The notes below the pieces were generated by a model, which saw nothing but the letters and a program-made list of their open reading frames with translations, made no database searches and was not told the origin of the DNA. A DNA stretch of 64,000 bases from NCBI GenBank assembly GCA_964016885.1, contig OZ024740.1:231012001-231076000 (forward strand), written 5' to 3'. This DNA comes from Eledone cirrhosa (taxonomy: Eukaryota). Made by a program: the position numbers and the translations under genes. Every line of letters starts with the position of its first letter. The stretch's first letter is position 1. Shown here piece by piece: positions 1 to 10,541 of this stretch.

Positions 1-514
1 ACCTAGCAGCATTGTGGAAATATCCACAGTAGTAGAGTGGGGTACATGGTGTTATGACCTGTCACATGATTTGGCATGGGGAGTGTGGACTGTGTAGTAG
101 AGCATGCAGGCTTAGTAATTTGGTTAGTGTGGTCAGAGCAAGAAGTATAAAAGATTATTGAAATTATATTATTTGGGAGAATAAGGTGCATAACTAGAAG
201 GAGACACTCATTACAGGGCTAGACAAGGGCACTAAATACTCTGGTGTCAACTGACCCTTACTGCAAGGAGCTTCAGCCTTCAATTATGGCATGTCCATAT
301 GCAAAATATCACATTTCTAATGAAATACACTGCCTATGTTTCAATTTATTTTGAAAAGAATTAAAAAAATTTGGAAGAATTTAATAAAACATCTACCATA
401 TTTATTAGTAAGCTAATGTTTGGAGTTTTACTTAATGAGAATAAAATTATGAGGGAAGGTTTTAATAAACACGCACCAGTCTGACCATGAAGATTATGAA
501 CAGGAGAGGTGACA

Positions 515-741
515 GTATGCACCCTTGGTAGAGTCCAACACCCACATTGAATAAATAATTGTTTCTACTTTTGGCAAAAGGCCAGCAATTATCCTAGTGT
601 AATACTGGTACTTTATTTTATCGACCCTGTAAGGATAAAATAAAGTACCAGCATTACACTGGGATAATTGCTGGCCTTGTGCCAAAAGTAGAAACAATTA
701 TTTATTCAATGTGGGTGTTGGTCTCTACCAAGGGTGCATAC
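515..741. repeat. Near-perfect inverted repeat (108-bp arms, 11-nt spacer) made of a SINE 3' end plus flanking DNA
   Basis: 515-622 (GTATGCACCCTTGG...CTTTATTTTATC) is the reverse complement of 634-741 (GATAAAATAAAG...CCAAGGGTGCATAC) with a few mismatches; spacer 623-633. Confidence 0.95.
555..636 (-). mobile_element. 5'-truncated tRNA-derived SINE (3' ~80 bp only)
   Basis: AATAATTGTTTCTAC...GGCCAGCAATT...GGTACTTTATTTTATCGACCC matches the 3' end of the other SINE copies; direct repeat CATTGAATAAATAA at 545-558 and 741-754 is a putative TSD. Confidence 0.85.
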
Positions 742-1057
742 ATTGAATAAATAACGAATGAATATTACATAATTTATGTAATAAATTTCGTATAAATTTC
801 GTAAACAAATTTAAAATTGACTTCTTTTCAAAGTTTCATTCACATTTCTACACTTCCGGTATATCGGCGCCACTTCAACTACCATATATATAGAAAGAGA
901 GAGTGTGTGATGAGAGAGATATAGAGATTATGATTTTCTACACGCTGACACGTATGAATGTGCACATATATACATCTATATGTATGAGTATATAACTATT
1001 ATGAGTATATAACTATAATCGCGCAAACACAAACTTATAAAAATACACCCTCACGGA

Positions 1058-1168
1058 TATTCACACAAATACACATACTTTCACACAAATATACATACAT
1101 TCACACATACTTTCACACAAACATACATACATCCACACATATACATTTACACGAACACACACATACAG
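1058..1168. repeat. CA-rich low-complexity repeat with ~20-bp TTCACACAAATACACATAC-like units
   Basis: Repeated TTCACACA/CATAC units visible directly. Confidence 0.75.
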
Positions 1169-1272
1169 TCATGATAGCAGCGTTCGGTGAATTGGAAATG
1201 GGAGGGTAAAACAAGTATAACGTTTTATTTATTCATTAACTCTTTATTTATTTATTAACTCTTTTTTTAAAA

Positions 1273-1311
1273 ACTCATTTAATATAATTGTTTCTACTCA
1301 TTTAATATAAT
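1273..1311 (-). mobile_element. Abortive SINE insertion: 7 bp of SINE 3' end between 16-bp direct repeats
   Basis: ACTCATTTAATATAAT (1273-1288) + TGTTTCT + ACTCATTTAATATAAT (1296-1311); the junction reads AATTGTTTCTAC, the SINE terminus. Confidence 0.65.
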
Positions 1312-1337
1312 GGTTACAGAACAAAAACACTAACAAA

Positions 1338-1522
1338 TATAATTGTTTCTACATTTTACACAAGGCCATCAATTATCCCAGTGTATTACTGGTACTTTAT
1401 GTTATCGACCCCGTAAGGATGAAAGGCAAAGTTAACCTCAACGGGATTTGAACTCAGACCGTAAAGGGACGTAACTATGCTGGAAAGCATGGCGTTCAGC
1501 CCTCTACCGATACTGCCAATTC
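1338..1522 (-). mobile_element. tRNA-derived SINE, near full length
   Basis: On - strand: A-box-like TGGCAGTATCGG, B-box GAGTTCAAATCC, central GCCTTTCATCCTTACGGGGTCGATAA, 3' GTAGAAACAATT; short TSD AATATAAT. Confidence 0.9.
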
Positions 1523-1690
1523 AATATAATATATACAAAGGAAAGAGAAAAGAAGAAAGAGAAAAAATACAAAAGCACGTAATACACACACCTTAGACCA
1601 CATAGAACAAAATGCAGACGAAAGAGTGGCAAAACGAGCCGCTACCAGAGCAAAAGATAGCAATATAGCAAGGAGCACTGGGAAACCTCT

Positions 1691-2135
1691 CTAATAATTT
1701 TTGAGGCAGGCCAGCACGCTCGCAACATTACCTTGGGTGATGGTGACGCTGAGGTGCTGGAACAACCAAGTGCCCTCACAAGCATCACCAGTTACCTCCG
1801 TTGGGTGAGCCACTAGTGAAGATAAGAATCTCGCTGTCAGTAGCCCGACTCCCCCAAACGTCTCGAACACCATAGGCTGGATAATGTAGTTAGCTAACAG
1901 AACACAGTATTTTAGGATTTTGTTCCGTTCAGCTGCGGATGCTGTAGCTCTCGTCCTTACTGCTGTATCTGGAATGTGGGAAGAAGCAAAAGAGTCACTA
2001 ACTGTGACGTCCCAGGTAAGGCACCTGCCTCTTGACCAGAAGCATAGAGTAAGACCGTCAAGTCTTTTCCCATCAATTCAGGACAACCCAGACGGTTCCA
2101 AAATTGAGGGGATGTTTGCCCGTGCCAGAGCTCTT
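1691..2135 (-). pseudogene. C-terminal restriction-like endonuclease region of a non-LTR retrotransposon, CRE-clade-like fragment
   Basis: - strand translation gives DGLTLCFWSRGRCLTWDVT...KY...IQPMVFETFGGVG...LFQHLSVTITQGNVASVL, matching the PDG..WD.T..P...ET.G..QRGN pattern of CRE-type elements. Confidence 0.7.
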
Positions 2136-2319
2136 GAGCGGTAATAGGACAGTGTGTGTATGTGCACGCGCGTGAGTTTGTTGGCGTTCTTAAATTAGAG
2201 ACACGTGTGTGTGTGTCACTGTTTTTAAGTTAGACATATATATGTGTGTATCCCTTCTCTTCCTTTTACACACACATACATTCACACAAACACACATACA
2301 CATTGCGTGATGGACGGGT

Positions 2320-2962
2320 GGACAGAAGTCCTTCAAATTTATATACATGTGAATGGAGTTCTACTGAAGCAGTTAGAGAAGTTCAAGTATCTTGGAGCCG
2401 TGTTCATGAGTGATGGAATGCAGGAGGCTGAATTAAGTGCAAGAATTGCAAAAGCTGATGCAGTAATGTGTCAGCCTCAGCAATCAGTTGAAGCGAGGTA
2501 GGTGTAAAAGCCAAACTTGATGTCTTCCTGGTATTCCTGCCAACTCTTACCGAGGATCATGAATCTTGAGCAATGACCAAAAGCGGCAGACATGGGATTC
2601 CTCTGAAGTGTCATTGGAGTAACGTTACTCGATAAAGTGCATAGCTCAGAGACCAGAGAGTCACTCCTGGTAGAGCCGCTACTTCTCTGAATTGAGAGAT
2701 CACAACTCTGATGTTATGGGAATGTGGTTAGAATGTCTCAGTAAAGAATCGCTGGACACATTTTATAGGCAAAACCAACCGACAAGAGACCCAGAGGTAG
2801 ACCTGAGCAAGATAGTTGGATAACAACCATGAGCTTGGCTGGTCACGCTTTGGGATCCAGCTGCATTAGAGGTGTTTGCTACTGAGAGACTCGCTGGAAG
2901 GGGTGTTTGAGAAGGACTCTGCCCCCACGACCCTCTCAGAAATAAGTGAGTGAAGAAGAAGA
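2320..2962 (+). pseudogene. RTE-clade LINE 3' fragment, degenerate
   Basis: ORF 2244-2501 contains LKQLEKFKYLGAVFMSDG...ARIAKA (post-RT F.YLG motif); downstream RPRGRP-like codons; ends in (GAA)n tail at ~2952-2962. Confidence 0.7.
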
Positions 2963-3098
2963 TATTGTCAATTTACTTTTCAATTTACATATATCTATAT
3001 GCATATATATATATATTTGCGTAATATACCAATATGCACACTACATATGCTAGCAGAAAATCACCCGAGGGCGGTTTTTCTGCTAGTTATTATAATGA

Positions 3099-5037
3099 GC
3101 CATTCCCGAAGGATCAATCCACGACAGCCTCCACCTTTTGATATATCATAGAAAGGATGGCTAAGGACCCTGGCACAGGTGGTGAACTGATCAACTTAGA
3201 TCAATCGAAAGCATTTGATAAGTCAAGCATTGGTACCTGGCGGTGGTCATCAAAGCAGGATTCTTTGCGCCCGTTTTCAAAGAGTGGATTGCTGCTATGC
3301 ACAGCAATAATGACTCTGGTTAGAGTGAATGGTCACCTCTCAGAACTGTTCAACATCATGCACTTGGTCCGCCAAGGCTGTCCACTCTCGTCCCTGTTGT
3401 ATGTATTGAGCTACTACTGCACAAATTAGAGACATTGAGGGGCATCCCGTGTGAACAAGGACATGGGAAATCTGTCTCAGCTTATGCTGATGACGTCACC
3501 GTTGATGTGTCGAGCACCAAATACATTGAGGTGATCGGCACTGCTCTGAGGGAATATGAAGCGTTGACAGGAGTGAAAATTAACCAGGAAAAGTCAGTGG
3601 GCTTGCAACTCGGCACATGGAGAGGCAGGTCTATGCTGTCCAACAGCATTGTCAGATGCTTGACAGATGGACTTGTTAAATTGCTTAGAGTCTGGCTCAG
3701 TCTGAATCTCCAGATGGCCAAAACTGGGATGAGGTGATGAGAAGGTGATGTGGCTAATCTCACCCAGAAATGGGCCAACAGAAAGCTGTCCCTGAAAGGT
3801 AGAGTAGAGTGGGCGAACGTGTACATGGCGTCCATCATCTACTACCACCTGACCATCATGCCTTGTCCTAGCGGTCCATCTGCTGTCAACACCTGCTGCA
3901 TGGAGGACTAGGAATGCCCTGGCTGATGATGCACAAACATGTGCTAAGGCTACATCTCCATCTTTTCCTTAACTGTGAACAGGTGTGGTCACTGTTCACC
4001 AGATGCATGTTCTTCCAGCTCATCTCCTTGAAGGAGCAGCAGTCCTGGGTCAAGTGGTGACCAAGGGGGGAGCGCTTGGGAACTGGAATGTCTTCAGGTG
4101 CTCGCAACCTTCCGCCAATTGGGTTGTATGATAGGTGGAAACTTCACCTTGGTGTTATATAGAGGGATAGTGGCAGATGAAGGTGACGGTGTTCTTGAGG
4201 AAATTCTAGGCATCGTCAAAAATCACTAGCCACACTCTTTTTGGGAAGACTTTTGGTCCTGGACCTATGGATGATTTCCAGAAATCCCTGGCCTGGCAGT
4301 GCAACTGAGGAGCTTTGCCAGTTTGAGATAAACTCTACAGGCATGGAAATGCCACTAGTTGGGCCTGTCAGAGATGCATGCAGGGCGACGAAACCATCCT
4401 GCATGCAATCATCCAGTACCCAAGCATTGTTGACTTTGGGTTTATGTCGAACACCTGCTGTCGTGTGTAGGACGAATCCGGCTGTCAGCCGAGTGATTGT
4501 GAAGACTGACGCACTGCCTTCCTTTAGTCAGAAAAGGCAGGCTGTTTTTATCTGTCTTGTGCCCATGGTGAAATATGTATGGTGGACGCACTTGAAAGGG
4601 TTGAAGACGAGCACTTTCCTCTTCGGCAAAGCGAAGATTAAATTCTTCAGGTTTCACTAGAAGAGGAATATCAGGGTGGAGAGGGAAGTGCTGACTTCAA
4701 AGCAATTTGTTGAGAGGTGAGCATGGCCTGAGTGAGTGGGCTCGCTCTGAGTGTGAGCCTGTAAATTAGAGGAAAACAACTGGGACAGGGTACTTACCCT
4801 AGATTTCAGGTTTTATGGGTTTTTTTTTCATGAGAGACCCTCAAACGTCTCCTCCCTATTGAGGAATACCCTTGTTTTAATTTTTATTGTTATCTTTCTT
4901 TTTTAACATTTAAAATTTGTTTATACGCAAAAGCCACACACCAACACACACACACTTTATGTTTTCGTTCTGTACTGTCATAATGTTTTTCTTGATGTAA
5001 ACCCTTTGTGGTTAATAAAGAAATCATTATTATTATT
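3099..5037 (+). mobile_element. 5'-truncated Tx1/L1-clade LINE, degenerate ORF2 (RT + C-terminus) and 3' UTR
   Basis: Motifs LDQSKAFD, VRQGCPLS, SAYADDVTV, GGLGMP in broken frames; clear homology to the element at 6.6-10.4 kb; ends AATAAAGAAATC(ATT)n. Confidence 0.85.
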
Positions 5038-5252
5038 GGCAGTACTGGTAGAACGTCAGACACCATGCTTTGTAGCACAGAGTTATGGCCCTTTCCGTTC
5101 TGAGTTCAAATCCCACCAAGGTTAGCTTTGCCTTTTATCCTTACAGTGTGATAAAATAAAGTACCAGTAATGCACTGTGGTCGATTTAATCGACTTTCCC
5201 CTCCCCCAAAATTGCTGTCCTTGCGCCTATAGTAGAAATCATTATTATTATT
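5036..5252 (+). mobile_element. tRNA-derived SINE, long subtype (extra TCGATTTAATCGACTTTCCCCTCCCCCAAA segment)
   Basis: TTGGCAGTACTGG A-box-like, GAGTTCAAATCC B-box, (ATT)n tail; AGAAATCATTATTATTATT at both 5019-5037 and 5234-5252. Confidence 0.9.
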
Positions 5253-5406
5253 AATTATGAACCTTCTAAACATAAGCCATGCATAGCATAAGCTCCAGTT
5301 TATTTTCAAGGTATTTTAACCTTTTTTACCTTCTCTAAGATTTTATTTAAGTTTTAAACTTAATAAAAGTTAAGGTAAATCTGCCTGCTTCCTGCAGGTA
5401 GACTAT

Positions 5407-5903
5407 TTTGTGCTATTTTGGGCTGTCTTACAGTAATAGATTTTGGTTGTCACCTATATATTTTATTTTAATGTATAAAACAATGACGGAGACATCACAA
5501 CACGTTTCTGAAACTAGATATATAAGAGAGAGTCAAAGTTTAACGAAGGGTAAAAATAAGAAATATTTATTGTCTGATGGATTAAAAGAAGTTGTTAGAT
5601 GAAATAACAAGGTATAATAATAATAATTGTTTCTACTATTGGCACAAGGCCAGAAATTACTCAGTACATTACTGGTACTTTATTTTATCGACCCCGTAAG
5701 GATGAAAGGCAAAGTTAACCTCGGCGGGATTTGAACTCAGAATGGCAAGGGCCGTAACTCTATGCGTCAAAGCATGGCGTCCGACCCTCTACCGATACTG
5801 CCAAACGTGTTGTGATGTCTCCGTCATTGTTTTATACATTAAAATAAAATATATAGGTGACAACCAAAATCTATTACTGTAAGACAGCCCAAAATAGCAC
5901 AAA
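5407..5903. repeat. 101-bp inverted repeat pair (5407-5507 / 5803-5903)
   Basis: TTTGTGCTATTTTGGG...CACAACACGTTT reads as the reverse complement of AAACGTGTTGTG...CCCAAAATAGCACAAA; no mismatch seen by eye. Confidence 0.95.
5620..5804 (-). mobile_element. tRNA-derived SINE, near full length, with templated 5' extension
   Basis: Same A/B boxes and core as other copies; TSD AAGGTATAATAATAA at 5609-5623 and 5902-5916. Confidence 0.92.
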
Positions 5904-5994
5904 GGTATAATAATAAACGATTTTAGTTTATATATGGTTTACTTCACGTGAATCAATTAAAAAGTACAATAAAACAGTTATCAAAAGTTGAGAA

Positions 5995-6180
5995 GGTTGA
6001 CGTCGTTGTCGTGCGTCTGAGACCATAGTGAGTTAGAGAGAGTAATGGTTTGTATACCTCTGAATGGTCTGTAGTAGTTGGTTGACGTTGTCGTCGTGAG
6101 TCTGAGATCACAGTGAGTGAGAGAGAGTAATGGTTTGTATACCTCTGAATGGTCTGTAGTAGTTGGTTGACGTTGTCGTT
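5995..6180. repeat. 85-bp tandem repeat, ~2.2 copies
   Basis: GGTTGACG at 5995, 6080, 6165 with near-identical intervening sequence. Confidence 0.9.
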
Positions 6181-6189
6181 AGTCTATTC

Positions 6190-6445
6190 TCTCTGTATTT
6201 CTGTAGACCACTGGGGTCTACTAGCGGTGAATCTTTACATAGCTTGTTGTAATTCGTAGAGCTCCGATGTCTCTGTGTTTCTGTAGACCTCAAGGGCCTG
6301 AAGGTAGCGGTGGATTTTTACATAGTTAGTTGCTAGCGTAATGCTCCCATCTTTCTGTCTTTCTGTAGACCACTGGGGTCTGTTGATAGTGGTGAATCTT
6401 TCACATAGCTTGTTCTGTAGTGGGGTGCTCCGATGTCTCTATGTA
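6190..6445. repeat. Diverged ~81-bp tandem repeat, ~3 copies
   Basis: TTCTGTAGACC at ~6199, 6279, 6361, each followed by GGTGAATCTTT/CATAGCTTG/GCTCCGATGTCTCT-like blocks. Confidence 0.8.
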
Positions 6446-6717
6446 AATGTGGGATGATAAAAGCTTTATATACCTGTCGCTTCCTGCCTCCCACCTTGAG
6501 GGGATAGCCAACGCATCAACCTGTTCACGCCAAAAGAGTGGTGATCTAGAATTTGACCTTTAGATTTCACCCAAGGTTCAAGGCGTGGACAGATATCGCT
6601 ACAAAAGTACAGTTTCAACGTCGGCTGTCTACAGGCAGTCAGCAAGGAAAATAAACAAAGGGAAAACTCTATTTATATGGTAAAAAAAGGACAAAAAACA
6701 ATTTTTTCAATGGCAAA

Positions 6718-6886
6718 AACAACAGCAGCGACAACGACAACAACAGCTCCAACAGCAGCAGCAGCAGTTGCAGCAGTAACAACAGCAACAGCAACAACAT
6801 CAACAATGAGAGGATGAGCGACAGCAACAAGCCAAATAACAACACCAACAACAGCAACAATAACAACGTCAACAACAACAACAGCA
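6718..6886. repeat. (CAA/CAG)n compound trinucleotide microsatellite
   Basis: Direct reading; explains the spurious poly-Leu ORF 6669-6929. Confidence 0.9.
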
Positions 6887-7106
6887 CTGTCCCTGCTGTG
6901 GATGCAAAAAAAAAAGAGGATATTTCCATATGGACTTATCAGACAACGAAGAACGTTTGGCCCAGGCTTGGAAATTGATCAAATGAGAGAAAACCCTGGC
7001 CAACCTAACCGTCCCAGCCGAAGTAATGGTGGCAACACAATGGAGAACTTTAATATGTAGATATTGCAGTGCAAACCCACAAAGTGGAATTAACCCCTCA
7101 ATCTAA

Positions 7107-7258
7107 AGTAGGGGCTGCACTCAAATGCATTGAGTATATAGCAAGGGGTTAACAGTTCAGCACCATCTTTAAAACAGTAGGGGCTGCACTGAAATGCATT
7201 GGAGAAGATATTGAGTATATAGCAAGGGGTTAACAGTTCAGCACCATCTTTAAAACAG
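7107..7258. repeat. Tandem duplication (~70 and ~83 bp copies) within the LINE ORF1 remnant
   Basis: AGTAGGGGCTGCACT...CACCATCTTTAAAACAG twice; first copy lacks ~12 bp. Confidence 0.9.
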
Positions 7259-10200
7259 AGGCCTTAGCCATTAAACCCTTTGTGGCCCCCTGCAGAATGG
7301 GCCGCATTGTAATGTACCCATCCCACATAGGCAGAAGAACTGTAAAGGTCTGCATTCTCAAGGTCCCACCAGAACTGGATTTATGGTGGCTCCTGGGATG
7401 CATGATTGAGGAGAGTACAAGGAGGTTTAGCCAACTGACATCCATGAGCACCCGAAGGTAAGTAACCCCACCTTTTTTTTCCTCTTGACCAGCCAGCTAG
7501 CCAACCAACATGGCAATCATGAGAATGGGTTGCATAAATGTTCGTGGAAGCATGGTCACTTGTTGAATGACCTCAGGTCACTAGATATGGATGTGACTGC
7601 TGTTGGCAAAACCAGGATTTCCAACATACATGAACTAGCCTCTATTTTTGATGACTACCAGATCTTTGCATCTCTTAGTCAGCCAGAAATGGGAGGTGGG
7701 GTCACAGTGCTGTTTAGGAAAGGCCTGGATCTTGAGGTAAGGACGAATTTCCTGGGCCTGGATGGTAAATTGGTGGTCCTGGACATGGGCAATAGCAAAG
7801 GTGGTGCCTTTAAACAGGTACCTGTCTATGCCATGACTGGAGCTGGCTGGCTGGATTTCTTTAGGTGTCTGGAAGCCTTTCAAGGAATGTTTCACCCTTT
7901 ACTATTAGCAGGGGACTGGAACGGCATCTTAGACACATACTGGGATTGTGTGGGAGTAGCTGATCAGCCAGTTCCAACTATCTGACAGGTACTGCTGGGC
8001 TGTTCGGGGGGGGGGGGGGGGTCGGAGACTGGTGGACTTCACTTCCTACCTCGACGGTCTACCATGTCTCTTGCCAGCTGATGTTGAGTGCTGCAAGAGG
8101 CCCATAACATCAGCCAAAATTTGGTATGTCCTGGTCGGCTGCATGAGGTGCAAGTTAGCTGGTTTGGATGATATGCCCTACCAGTTTTATGTAGATATGC
8201 CAGACTTGTTCTCTGATCTCCTCAAAGCCGTCTACTGTAACTGGCAGCAGAATGAGAGTATTCCCAGTTTGGTGAGCCAAGGGTAGTAACACTGATGAGG
8301 AAAGATTAGAACAAGAGGGACACTTTAGATAATTTCAGGCCCATAACTCTGCTAAACACAGAGTTCAAGATTTTGGCCAAGGTGTTAGTGAAGAGGTTGG
8401 CATTTGTTATCAAGGGTTTGGTAGTGGAGGCACAAACTTGCACAATCTCGATCTTGTTCATACACGACAACCTCCACCTTATGTGATACATCATAGAGGC
8501 AAGGAATAAGACTTGCTTCGGTGGGGCTATGACCAATTTAGATCAATTGAAAGCTTTCGATAGGGCTGACCATCGATATCTGGAGGCTGTCTTCAAGGCA
8601 GCTGGCTTCAGGCCCATCTTCAGAGGCTGGATTGCTGCAATGCACAATGGCATCTGCTCAGTGGTCAAAGTTAATAGCCATCTTTTGGAACCATTTCAGA
8701 TCACGTGATCGGTCCATCAAGGGTGCCCTCTCTCCTCCCTTCTGTAGGTATTGATTCTCGAGCCTTAACTGTGGGAACTGGTGCTGGTTCAGGGCATCCC
8801 ACTTGAACTGGGATGGGGAAGGGCTGTGTTGGCATATACGGATGACATCACCGTGATGGTGTTGAACACCTCGGAAATCGAGGTTGTCGGTACCCTCTTA
8901 AAGGAATATGAAAGGTTGATGAGAGCGAAACTAAACCTGGAAAAGTCAGTGGGCTTGCAGCTCAGCACCTGGAGAGGCAAATCCCTGCTGTTCAACAGTG
9001 TCATTGGATGCTGGACAGACGGACCGGTAAAGTTGCTCGAGGTCTGGTTTGGACCAGACCTCCAGGTGGATAAGAACTGGGATGAGGTAATAAGCAGGGT
9101 GGCCACTCTCACCCAGAAATGGATTGAGAGGAAGCTATCCCTGAAAGGTCAGGTGGAGGTGGTGAACACGTACATCACATCCATCATCTATTACTGCCTG
9201 ACTGTCATGTCTTGCCCCCATTTGCACCTCACCAAATTGGAACGCCTACTCTTTAACTTCTTGTAGAAGGGACAGATTCCATTGGAGAGGAAGTCCATTT
9301 GCTGCCAGCACCCTCTATGTGGAGGGCTGGGCATGCTGTGGCTGATGATGCACAAACATGCGCTGAGGCTACAGCATCATCAGATGTTCTTAAACAGCGA
9401 ACATGTCTGGTTGCCATTTGTGAGACGGGCCTTTCCACAGCTTGTCTCTTTGACTGACCTGCAGTCCTGGGTCAAGAAGAGATTGGGACTGGGCGTCTGG
9501 CATCTGGGATGTTACCAGGTGCTCACTGCCCTCTACCAGTTTGACAATTCAGTCACTAGAAATTTGGCGCTAGACTTCTATAGGGGATTAGTGGTGGGCA
9601 AGTGCAACACCACTCTCAGAGAGGCTCTGGTTGTCAACAAAATCACAACTGACCAGTCTGTTCAAGAGGACTTTCGAACCGGGAACTATGGATAACTTTA
9701 AAAAATCTCTCGCTTGGCAGTGCTACTGGGGAACACTGCTGGTTCCAGATAAACTCTACAGGCATGGAAGTGTTGTCAGACGGACCTGCTTGAGATGCGC
9801 GCAGAGTGACAAAATCATTCTGCATGCATTCGTCCAGTGTCCATGCATTACTAACTGATGGAGTTATGTCGAACAGCATGTAGAACAGATCTGTCTATCG
9901 GCTGAGTCCATAGTGAATATCAACTTGTTGCCTTCTATTGGCCAGGAAGAAGTTGTATGATTGACCAGGTTGAAAGGACTGAAGACAGACACTTTTCTCT
10001 TTGGCCAATCCCTCATCAACTTTTTCAAGTTTCACTCAGAAAGAAAGGTGAGGGTGGAAAGGGAAGTGCTGCTCCCCAGTATATTTGCTGAAAGGCAGGT
10101 GAATGTGGCCAGAATGGTTCTGAGCATGCACCTAGGCTGGTTAATTTGAAGAGGAGAGGGGTGCCCTCAAAGCATTGGGTGATTCAGCATTGGTGGGGTA

Positions 10201-10366
10201 CCTGAGTTGACCCTGGGTGGTTATCCCCCCTATTGGGGAATTCTCATTTTTGTTGTTATTTTGTTATTGTTATTTATAGTGTTTACAAGAATTTATGTTA
10301 AACCACTACTGTCCTTGTCTTTTGTATTGTCCCCAATATGTCGGCGCTCGTGGCCTATAAAGAAAT

Positions 10367-10522
10367 TATCGGTAGAGGGTTGGACGCCATGCTTTTTCAG
10401 CAAAGAGTTACGGCCCTTTATGGTCTGAGTTCAAATCCTTACGGGGTCGATAAAATAAAGTACCAGTAATACACTGGGTAATTGCTGGCCTTGTGCCAAA
10501 AGTAGAAACAATTATTATTATT
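10367..10522 (+). mobile_element. tRNA-derived SINE, slightly 5'-truncated, with ~27-bp internal deletion
   Basis: TATCGGTAGAGGG...GAGTTCAAATCC joined directly to TTACGGGGTCG (deletion between two ATCC); (ATT)n tail. Confidence 0.9.
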
Positions 10523-10541
10523 TTTAAGTAGTAACATTTTC

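Larger units (their letters stand above)
5593..6603 (-). mobile_element. Probable solo LTR (Gypsy/BEL-like), interrupted by a SINE
   Basis: Termini TGTTAG...GCTACA; flanks GAAGT/AAAGT (5-bp TSD, 1 mismatch); TATATAAAG on - strand near 6462-6472; internal 80-85 bp tandem repeats. Confidence 0.45.
6650..10366 (+). mobile_element. Degenerate, internally deleted Tx1/L1-clade LINE: ORF1 remnant, APE endonuclease, RT, C-terminal Cys/His motif, 3' UTR
   Basis: 7510-7985 GCINVRG...LAGDWNGILD (APE); 8032-9266 NFRPITLLN, LDQLKAFD, QGCPLS, AYTDDITV; 9631-9858 CLRCAQSDK..H...C; many stops/frameshifts; 5' boundary uncertain. Confidence 0.88.

Noticed and set aside
6669-6929. Leu-rich membrane protein ORF
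   Set aside because: Antisense reading of a (CAA/CAG)n microsatellite
8006-8021. Poly-G run as a regulatory G-quadruplex
   Set aside because: Homopolymer at an internal deletion junction of a dead LINE; no supporting context and length is error-prone
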